This document shows positions 9,085-15,891 of a stretch of 44,352 bases of DNA, in pieces. The stretch's first letter is position 1; every line of letters starts with the position of its first letter. Made by a program: the position numbers and the translations under genes. Below the pieces are notes generated by a model that saw only the letters and a program-made list of their open reading frames with translations, did no database searches and had not been told where the DNA came from. Location of the stretch: positions 1-44,352 of the IMG/VR virus record IMGVR_UViG_3300045258_000084. One strand, 5' to 3'. This DNA comes from a virus.

Positions 9085-12000
9085 TGGGTGGCCCAATTGA
9101 AGAATTTCCTGATATAACTGAATATCCTGATAATACTGAACCTAATTTTAAGGGTGAAAGTGAACATCCATTAGCTGGAATTGAAGATTGGATGGATTCT
9201 AAAAGGGCCGCATTTGTAAAAAATCATCCGATTATTTCTCATCTTATTCAGGGAACTGGAGATTTTGCTAAGGGATTATATCATTCTGTAGACGAAACTG
9301 GAAGAAATGCTGCTAAAGCTTTACATGAAGGAAATATTCCAGGCGCGTTTCAAGCTGTAACTTCACCCTTAACTGGAGTAGTTAATCAGGTTAATGAAAA
9401 GTTATTAAGTGGAGATATATCATTTCAACCTGACCAAGCTAGACATGAGGCTATTAGTCAAGTAGTTGGAATGGCTGGATTACCTGGCAATGAAATGCAG
9501 GAAGCTTTCCATAATAGAGATTATCCGCGCCTAGTAGGTCAAGGTGTAGCTGCATTAGGTTTAGGATTATTAACTCATGGTATGGGTTCAAATCGGAGTG
9601 AAATTAATAAGTCCCTTGAACCTACTGGACCAATAGATACATCATTCACACATGGTGTAGAGAATTTTAAAACTGATGAAATCCCCCACAATGTTCCACC
9701 TGATTTAGTTCCAGTTGGTGGTGAGGCTATTCATAATCAGCAATTTGATTTACCACTCAGAAAGACTCATGAAGATTTGGCATTACAAAATCATCCTGAA
9801 TTACCTGCTAAATTAGGCGCGCCTCAAGATGCAGCTTTACATGATAAGATATTTAAAACTGGCGCGGAAACTGGAGATAATATTGAACAATTACCAGAAG
9901 GATGGCATAGACCCGCTGAAGCTGCATCAAATGATAAAATGGTTAGATTATATAGGGGTGAAACTGCTGAAGGAATTCCTGGAGATAAAGCAGGACAAAA
10001 CTTTACTACTGACCCATTAGCAGCTACATTTTATGCTAAGCAAAATGGTGGAAGTGGTAAAACTTATTATATTGATTTGCCAGAATCTGAAGCAGCTAAA
10101 TATGCTGACCCAAATGCAACTGAAAATGGTGGGCATATACTTTCACCTGAATTGGCTGAACAAGCTAGGCAAAATGAGTTGGGTAAAGGAATAGAAGAAG
10201 GAACTTCAGTTATTAAGCCTAAAGAAGAATCTCCTGAATTAGTTAAACAAGTTGAAGCTGCGCGCCAAGAAAATGAAAGATTAAAAGGTCAAGTTGAACC
10301 CCCAACTCAACAAACAATTAATAAGCCAGTTCAAGATGGTTTTGCTGAGCCTAAGTTTGTTGAAGATGCTAAGTTAAAAGATGTAGGTTCACCAGAAGTT
10401 CCTCCACCTGGTCAAATTACTTCTGCAAATGATAAGGGTGGGGAAAATACCCCATTTAAAGATGTTTCTGGAACTAGAGCAGAATATAGTTCAGTTCATA
10501 AATTATTAAGTTTAAAACCCGAAACTAAACCCATTGCAGATGCATTACTTTATGCACAGGATAAAGGTGGCGAATGGTTAGCTTCTAATATGCGTGATTT
10601 TGAAGAAATTTCGCGGGAATTAGATAATAGTCAGAAATCTCAATTAGGTCAATTAATTGATCACGGAACTAAGGATTTAAAATATAACCTTGATCCTAAA
10701 AATGGGGTTACTCCTGATTTAATTAATAGGGCTAACCAGGCTAAACAATTACTAGATGAAGTATTTGTTAAAGCTAGAACTGCAGGGGCTACGAATGAAA
10801 GTGGAAAACCTATTGGGTATTTAGACCAGTACTTTACCCATATGGCCAAAGAACCCGAAGGAATGATTAATCAGATTAAAGAAATCTATAATCATTACCT
10901 GGGTAGAAATGCGCCTATCCCTGAATTATTTTTAGGTAAGAAGGAAATTCCTCAAGATAAGGGAATGGGAGTAACTGGGGATATTTACGATAAAGGAATG
11001 GGAAATCCTTGGTCACCATATACTCAAACTAGAAGTGGGATGAATCCCGCGGAAATTGAATGGAATTATAATAAGGTAATTCCAGCTTATCTTGAATCAA
11101 TGAAGAAGGTTTTATTCGACGCGCCAGCAATTAATAAGGCTACTGCGCAATTAGAAAAAGTTCCAGATTCAAACCTGAAAGATACCGCAACCTGGGCTAT
11201 TAAGAATTTTTCAGGTTATGATGCAGATAAAAACTTACATGGTGCGTTTGATGCAGCAGCTAATCAAGTGGCGCGGGTTACTGCTAGGTCTTTTGTCAAT
11301 CTTAATCTTTCTTTACATGCTTTACACCTTGGTGAAATACCAGTCAATATCTATCCTGAATTAGGCGCGAAATATACTACTATGGGCGTGGCGGATATGT
11401 TACGTCATCCATTACAAAATTATACTGAAATGGTGCGTTTAGGTTTATTGCAAGGCGAAACTAAACCTTGGGCATTTAAAACTGTCGCAGAGAGAATGGA
11501 TAGTGCTAGTTATTTCTTCAGTTCAATAGAATCAATGGTTAAAGGTATAGCCTATAATGGCTCAAAACGTATGTATCTTGACCAAGGTATGTCACCTACT
11601 GAAGCTAAATATGCTGCACTAGCTAAGGCGAAAGATTTAACTTTAACTGTAGATAAAGCGCGCCAGATGAAAGGTTTATCTCCTGAAGCTAATGTAGCGG
11701 GGGGTCCAGTATTTTCTAGACTTGGTAATCAATTTAAAGCTATTCCATCTAAGATTGTGGAACAGTATATTGATATTGCACGTGAGGTAGGTAAAGATCC
11801 TGCAAAAATGGAACCTTATTTAAAAATGATGAAAGCTGTAGCAGGTTCAACTGCCGCGGGAGTAGCAACTGCATATGGCGCGCATATGTATCATGTTAAT
11901 CCTAAGTCATTAGTTGCAACATCCGCATTTGGGCCATTTGCTAATACTATGTATCGAATTTTCGCGAATGATATTTACAATGCAGGTAAAAGGTTCCATG

Positions 12001-12194
12001 AAGGTGATGATAATGGTGCGAAGCAATACTTAATGCAAGCTATAATTGATACCGCGGCTTGGGCAACTCCAGGTGGCAATACTCTTAAAAAAGGTGCCTC
12101 ATTATTAGGCATGGATACTGAACCTGGTAAGAATTCTCAAAGACCTATGAAGCTTAAATTTAGCAACCCGGTTAAGGTTAATCTTAATCAGTGA
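9084..12194 (+). CDS. Giant internal-virion / DNA-ejection-like protein
   Basis: 1036-aa ORF, the last gene of the late block. Size and position resemble podovirus core proteins. It contains the segment LYRGE...NFTTD...PESEA. Confidence 0.55.
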   Translation: MGGPIEEFPDITEYPDNTEPNFKGESEHPLAGIEDWMDSKRAAFVKNHPIISHLIQGTGDFAKGLYHSVDETGRNAAKALHEGNIPGAFQAVTSPLTGVVNQVNEKLLSGDISFQPDQARHEAISQVVGMAGLPGNEMQEAFHNRDYPRLVGQGVAALGLGLLTHGMGSNRSEINKSLEPTGPIDTSFTHGVENFKTDEIPHNVPPDLVPVGGEAIHNQQFDLPLRKTHEDLALQNHPELPAKLGAPQDAALHDKIFKTGAETGDNIEQLPEGWHRPAEAASNDKMVRLYRGETAEGIPGDKAGQNFTTDPLAATFYAKQNGGSGKTYYIDLPESEAAKYADPNATENGGHILSPELAEQARQNELGKGIEEGTSVIKPKEESPELVKQVEAARQENERLKGQVEPPTQQTINKPVQDGFAEPKFVEDAKLKDVGSPEVPPPGQITSANDKGGENTPFKDVSGTRAEYSSVHKLLSLKPETKPIADALLYAQDKGGEWLASNMRDFEEISRELDNSQKSQLGQLIDHGTKDLKYNLDPKNGVTPDLINRANQAKQLLDEVFVKARTAGATNESGKPIGYLDQYFTHMAKEPEGMINQIKEIYNHYLGRNAPIPELFLGKKEIPQDKGMGVTGDIYDKGMGNPWSPYTQTRSGMNPAEIEWNYNKVIPAYLESMKKVLFDAPAINKATAQLEKVPDSNLKDTATWAIKNFSGYDADKNLHGAFDAAANQVARVTARSFVNLNLSLHALHLGEIPVNIYPELGAKYTTMGVADMLRHPLQNYTEMVRLGLLQGETKPWAFKTVAERMDSASYFFSSIESMVKGIAYNGSKRMYLDQGMSPTEAKYAALAKAKDLTLTVDKARQMKGLSPEANVAGGPVFSRLGNQFKAIPSKIVEQYIDIAREVGKDPAKMEPYLKMMKAVAGSTAAGVATAYGAHMYHVNPKSLVATSAFGPFANTMYRIFANDIYNAGKRFHEGDDNGAKQYLMQAIIDTAAWATPGGNTLKKGASLLGMDTEPGKNSQRPMKLKFSNPVKVNLNQ

Positions 12195-12358
12195 TCTTTT
12201 TTACCATAAAAACAAGATTTACAACATTTATAAATTTTAACTAAACCACTACTATTTACATAGGGTTTATAAAATGTTGCATGTTTTGAACTTAAATGAT
12301 TTGGACAGAATGAGCATAAATCTTTATTATTAGCTTGAACTCTAAGTTGGTGATCCAT
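12188..12358 (-). CDS. Small zinc-ribbon protein (56 aa, hand-called)
   Basis: ATG at 12358 preceded by GAGGAAGTAA. Protein: MDHQLRVQANNKDLCSFCPNH...KCCKSCFYGKKDH. Its stop lies 7 nt inside the convergent plus-strand gene. Confidence 0.5.
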   Translation of the reverse strand: MDHQLRVQANNKDLCSFCPNHLSSKHATFYKPYVNSSGLVKIYKCCKSCFYGKKDH

Positions 12359-12542
12359 TTACTTCCTCAATTGAAACTACATCCTCACTATAATAAGCAT
12401 CCCATGTGTGTGAATCCCAAGTAAATTCACCTTTATCTTGGGTAAAGTTAGAATCAATTATTACAAAATCCTCATCAATAAGAATTTTGATATTTCCGTG
12501 ATATCTTGAAATGTGGTTATTTTTTAGCTTGAGAATTATCAT
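12342..12542 (-). CDS. Small protein, paralog family A
   Basis: 66 aa. It shares MIILKxK.NNH...IDE.F and a C-terminal EDV.SI with the 13320..13544 product. Confidence 0.6.
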   Translation of the reverse strand: MIILKLKNNHISRYHGNIKILIDEDFVIIDSNFTQDKGEFTWDSHTWDAYYSEDVVSIEEVNGSPT

Positions 12543-13015
12543 TGCTGTCTACCGTGCATATAATTTAACCAAGTTAATTTACATTTGTAACAAAATTTTT
12601 CATTTCTAATTCGATCTATTTCCCAATCATGGTTACAAATTATTTCACGATTAACAAAATCTCCCAAGTTTCTCTCATTCTTGGTCCAAGCATGATAACT
12701 AGCCCACAATCCACAATATGTAGTTAAATCTAAAAAAGAATCATCAATTGATTCAAAATTAGGGGAATTAGTTTTATCTAGTAAAGTAGCCAACCGCGCC
12801 AATTTCACTGCAACTAAACCTGCAAATGCTTTATCAATATCACGTTTAAACCAACCCATTATTTCAGCCTGGCGCGTGAAATTCTCATAATAGCCGACTG
12901 AGGAATAATCCTCACTCTTCTTTGAATGAATTTCCTTCATCTTCTCTAAGATTTGCATGAATTCTGGGTTCAAGGCCATTTTGTCTAATCCTTTCACGAT
13001 ATCTTTCCCTAGCAC
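12539..13015 (-). CDS. DUF1599/Nmad1-like all-alpha domain protein with C-terminal Cys cluster
   Basis: HSKKSEDYSS...NF...VAVKLARLATLL matches my recollection of the DUF1599 pattern (K..DY...K..R...L). The likely true start is the internal Met at 12979 (MALNPEF). Confidence 0.4.
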   Translation of the reverse strand: MLGKDIVKGLDKMALNPEFMQILEKMKEIHSKKSEDYSSVGYYENFTRQAEIMGWFKRDIDKAFAGLVAVKLARLATLLDKTNSPNFESIDDSFLDLTTYCGLWASYHAWTKNERNLGDFVNREIICNHDWEIDRIRNEKFCYKCKLTWLNYMHGRQQ

Positions 13016-13127
13016 TTGATTGACATTTCTTACAATAACGGGATAACTTAGTATCTAATTTTTTACCACATCTTGTGCATAATTTTCTCAAAATGCGTTG
13101 AATTCTTAAACATTGCCAGTAATTCAT
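12912..13127 (-). CDS. Small basic zinc-ribbon protein
   Basis: 71 aa with CTRC-x12-CKKC followed by a basic helix (ARERYRERIRQ). Its 3' tail overlaps the next gene out of frame. Confidence 0.55.
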   Translation of the reverse strand: MNYWQCLRIQRILRKLCTRCGKKLDTKLSRYCKKCQSSARERYRERIRQNGLEPRIHANLREDEGNSFKEE

Positions 13128-13330
13128 TTTTTTGTCATATTAAGTTTAAAATATCCTTCAACCATTTTAAATACTTCTGTAGTTCCAACTCCTATTCGAG
13201 CAGTTTCAATAACCAATTTAGAATCAGAATTTATCGCATCAACAATTTTATTAGCTATGTCATGTTGATAAATAGTGGGCTGCCAATTTCTTAATTTACA
13301 AAATTCATTAAATGTCATTTCAAACTCCAA
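13124..13330 (-). CDS. Hypothetical early protein
   Basis: 68-aa ORF in operon orientation with overlapping start/stop junctions. Confidence 0.5.
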   Translation of the reverse strand: MEFEMTFNEFCKLRNWQPTIYQHDIANKIVDAINSDSKLVIETARIGVGTTEVFKMVEGYFKLNMTKK

Positions 13331-13544
13331 TTATAGATAATACATCTTCAATATAAAATTTATCCAATACTTTACTTGGTTCCATGAGACGTGTAAACAT
13401 GGGATTATTTAACATAAGATTTACATCAAATGTGTATAGTCCCGAAACATAAATAAATTCCTCATCAATCTGCAAATCAATTTTGCCTTCATAATTAAAA
13501 GTATGATTATTTGTCTTAGTTTTAAGTATTATCATTTTTTTCAT
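13320..13544 (-). CDS. Small protein, paralog family A
   Basis: 74 aa, paralogous to the 12342..12542 product. Confidence 0.6.
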   Translation of the reverse strand: MKKMIILKTKTNNHTFNYEGKIDLQIDEEFIYVSGLYTFDVNLMLNNPMFTRLMEPSKVLDKFYIEDVLSIIGV

Positions 13545-14091
13545 ATTGGAGAAAACAACTATGACATATAAATGGATTCATTCTTGTAAAATATTCAACT
13601 TTACAATATTTACAAGCACATTTAATTTTGGGATTTTTTTCAGTATAAGGATTTTGATTAAAACTTTCCTTTCCAATACAATCTATACACATGAATTGAG
13701 TATGATGACCTACAAATTCTGTGGATTTATGATGACCACATTTTTTACATTGTAAAGTTCTTTTGATAGGTTCTTTTATAGGATCATCATACCAATCATA
13801 TTTAAATCCTCTGGGAGGATAATTCCATGGATTAGTATAGGGATCACTTGGTCTAGCTTTAGGCCTAGTAGCTTTATTTTTAATATATTCATTCATCCAA
13901 TCCCATGAGGATTGTCTAGGATTTGATGCACCTCTAATTATAGGTTCATGAATATTAGATTTAACTTGAATCGGAAATTTATAATCATTTAATAATGAAC
14001 ACACCTTTCTTGCAGCTAGATTAGCCTCATTCTCATTCGGATTATTGTTAGCTAATCTAATTAATTTCTGAATTTTGTCAGTATCAATCAT
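13522..14091 (-). CDS. DUF2786-like N-terminal domain protein with C-terminal Cys-rich zinc-binding region
   Basis: KIQKLIRLANNNPNENEANLAARKVCSLL is the typical DUF2786 helix pair. The C-terminus has CKKCGH...CIDC...CKYC...CHSC. Confidence 0.55.
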   Translation of the reverse strand: MIDTDKIQKLIRLANNNPNENEANLAARKVCSLLNDYKFPIQVKSNIHEPIIRGASNPRQSSWDWMNEYIKNKATRPKARPSDPYTNPWNYPPRGFKYDWYDDPIKEPIKRTLQCKKCGHHKSTEFVGHHTQFMCIDCIGKESFNQNPYTEKNPKIKCACKYCKVEYFTRMNPFICHSCFLQYEKNDNT

Positions 14092-14092
14092 T

Positions 14093-14371
14093 TTAGAATT
14101 CCAATGGTAACCCTAACCGTTGAAGAATTTCCTTACTAACCTCTTTACTTACCTTCTCCTGAACTGATTCTAGAATAGGTTTAATTAACTCGTCACGGTG
14201 ATGTTTGAATAAATAACCAACTATAATGTTAGCTAATCGATTAAGAATAAGATTCTCAAAATTTCTTAATTTGTTATAACCTGGACCATTAGCTTCAAAT
14301 TCTTGGTCAGTAATAGATACTATGAAAAGTGACCTTGCATTAAGGGAATCATCTTGAGTTGAATATTTCAC
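14093..14371 (-). CDS. Hypothetical early protein (GTG start)
   Basis: 92-aa ORF whose annotated start codon is GTG with a weak SD. Confidence 0.45.
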   Translation of the reverse strand: MKYSTQDDSLNARSLFIVSITDQEFEANGPGYNKLRNFENLILNRLANIIVGYLFKHHRDELIKPILESVQEKVSKEVSKEILQRLGLPLEF

Positions 14372-14388
14372 ATTCTTTTAACCAATCT

Positions 14389-14538
14389 CTATTTAGTACG
14401 AGTTTCATTTGGTTCAATTTTATAAATACTAATAAAATTATTATTGGTCCATTCGGCTAATTTTTCAAGTAATTCTGTTTCATAACCTTCAGCCCATTTG
14501 TTAAGTAATCTAACAATTTCTTCTTGAGTTTTTTGCAT
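14389..14538 (-). CDS. Small hypothetical protein (49 aa, hand-called)
   Basis: ATG at 14538, 15 nt downstream of the tRNA 3' end. Protein: MQKTQEEIVRLLNKWAEGYETELLEKLAEW... No clear SD. Confidence 0.35.
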   Translation of the reverse strand: MQKTQEEIVRLLNKWAEGYETELLEKLAEWTNNNFISIYKIEPNETRTK

Positions 14539-14552
14539 TAGCATATATAAAG

Positions 14553-14636
14553 TGCCGGCTATCGGGATCGAACCGATATGTCATTTCTGACGTAAGATTT
14601 TAAGTCTTATGCGTATACCAATTTCGCCAAGCCGGC
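14553..14636 (-). tRNA. tRNA-Leu, anticodon UAA, type II (long variable arm)
   Basis: Hand-folded cloverleaf: 7-bp acceptor GCCGGCT/AGCCGGC; 3-bp D stem; anticodon stem TAAGA/TCTTA with loop CTTAAAA (anticodon TAA); 15-nt variable arm with a GTCA/TGAC stem; T arm ATCGG-TTCGATC-CCGAT; discriminator A. No CCA is encoded. Confidence 0.9.
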
Positions 14637-14644
14637 TTTTAAAG

Positions 14645-14938
14645 TTACCACCTATCTATCATTTGATGCCCATCATGATATAGACAAACCGTTCGATTAC
14701 ATTTCATACATTTTTGAAAAATTCCCATATCACTTTCAATCTTAATTATGAAGTGATCACATGTAAGTGAATGAGAATATCTATCTAATGCTATGAGAAA
14801 ATCGCGCCTATCTTTATCATTATTCCATTTATTATATTCCGAATCACTTTCTATAAATGGGTATCTTTCGATATCCCCAATAAACATATACTCATAGGCG
14901 CGAAATTCATGAGCCATATTACTTATTTTTACTATCAA
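14645..14938 (-). CDS. Hypothetical Cys/His-rich protein
   Basis: 97 aa with C-terminal CDH...CMKCNRTVCLYHDGH. Confidence 0.5.
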   Translation of the reverse strand: MIVKISNMAHEFRAYEYMFIGDIERYPFIESDSEYNKWNNDKDRRDFLIALDRYSHSLTCDHFIIKIESDMGIFQKCMKCNRTVCLYHDGHQMIDRW

Positions 14939-15122
14939 ATTTATCTATTTTATTATCTGGATGTTTAGGCGCGCCCGGTAAAAATACATATCTAATTCTA
15001 TCTGGTTTAGAGGATTTTAATTCTCCATTTTTAATTTTTCTCTTAATAGTACTTTCACTAACTTTTAATTCCTTAATAGCTTGTTTAATTGTAATTAACA
15101 TATTACTTACCCAATTCAACAT
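14919..15122 (-). CDS. Excisionase/MerR-type helix-turn-helix DNA-binding protein
   Basis: ITIKQAIKELKVSESTIKRKIKNGELKSSK fits the Xis-family HTH pattern. An alternative start lies at 15098 (MLITIK). Confidence 0.55.
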   Translation of the reverse strand: MLNWVSNMLITIKQAIKELKVSESTIKRKIKNGELKSSKPDRIRYVFLPGAPKHPDNKIDKFDSKNK

Positions 15123-15303
15123 TACTGGCGCGTGGACCTTTAGGAGTTGACTTACTTATAAATCGAACATCATCACCTTCACTTAAAGCTTCCCAATCTC
15201 CCATAAAATCACTCTTATGGAAGAAGTATTCATGGCCAGAATCTACCTTGATAAATCCAAACCACTTATCTCTAACTAATTTTTTAACTTTTCCGGCTTG
15301 CAT
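15103..15303 (-). CDS. Cold-shock-domain (OB-fold) nucleic-acid-binding protein
   Basis: 66 aa with RNP1-like KWFGFIK and RNP2-like YFFHKS motifs. Confidence 0.65.
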   Translation of the reverse strand: MQAGKVKKLVRDKWFGFIKVDSGHEYFFHKSDFMGDWEALSEGDDVRFISKSTPKGPRASNVELGK

Positions 15304-15488
15304 TATATATTTCCTCTTTGATTATAAAGTTCGGCGCGGATTAAACCAATGATATCATTTTCATATGCTTCTCTATCCTTGCCTAATAGTAAGGGAAACA
15401 TATCTGGTTTAATAAGAATGGATATACTTAAATTAGTATTCATTACGCTAAATGCTAATACTTTATCACCTCTTTTCACTTCGTGCAT
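15303..15488 (-). CDS. Hypothetical early protein
   Basis: 61-aa ORF, start/stop-coupled to its neighbours. Confidence 0.45.
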   Translation of the reverse strand: MHEVKRGDKVLAFSVMNTNLSISILIKPDMFPLLLGKDREAYENDIIGLIRAELYNQRGNI

Positions 15489-15490
15489 AA

Positions 15491-15736
15491 TTACCTCTTT
15501 TCAAAAATAGGATTGGGTAAATATGGAATAGGATCTCCATTTTTAACTTCTGGAAATTCCTTACTTTCAATTACGATACCAATATAGCCCCATCCAGTAT
15601 TATCATTAAGATAGGTTCGAACATATTTAGCATCATTGGGAAGCATATTTCTAGCTACTATAGCTCCCTTACTCTTATCCTGACATATGGCAATAATAAC
15701 CTCGGGGCTAATTAGCATTGTTTTGAATTTAGCCAT
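15491..15736 (-). CDS. Hypothetical early protein
   Basis: 81-aa ORF coupled to the upstream mini-lipoprotein ORF by a TAATG overlap. Confidence 0.5.
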   Translation of the reverse strand: MAKFKTMLISPEVIIAICQDKSKGAIVARNMLPNDAKYVRTYLNDNTGWGYIGIVIESKEFPEVKNGDPIPYLPNPIFEKR

Positions 15737-15891
15737 TATTTATCACACACTTTCTCTCTAGTATAGAATTGAGAAGTTGTATCTTTATCATCTAGTGCTA
15801 TTGTAGGAGATGTTAATCCTTGATAGCAGTGGGTATATGTGCATCCGATTGATGATAGTGTAATTAAAATAGGGATTAAAATTTTAACCAT
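15736..15891 (-). CDS. Mini-lipoprotein (51 aa, hand-called)
   Basis: ATG at 15891 preceded by GGAGGGGTA. MVKILIPILITLSSIGC gives a signal peptide plus a lipobox-like SIGC. It overlaps the upstream 402-aa gene by 8 nt. Confidence 0.55.
   Translation of the reverse strand: MVKILIPILITLSSIGCTYTHCYQGLTSPTIALDDKDTTSQFYTREKVCDK

Noticed and set aside
12195-12341. The apparent 147-bp convergent intergenic region as a bidirectional terminator
   Set aside because: Only AT-only weak pairings are present, such as ACAACATTTATAAA with TTTATAAAATGTTG. The interval is better explained by a 56-aa zinc-ribbon ORF with a good SD.
14553-14636. Possibility that the tRNA is a TAA-suppressor
   Set aside because: With the 5-bp anticodon stem TAAGA/TCTTA, the 7-nt loop is CTTAAAA, which places TAA at positions 34-36. 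This reads UUA/UUG for Leu. The long variable arm also fits tRNA-Leu, and the ORF structure shows normal use of TAA stops.
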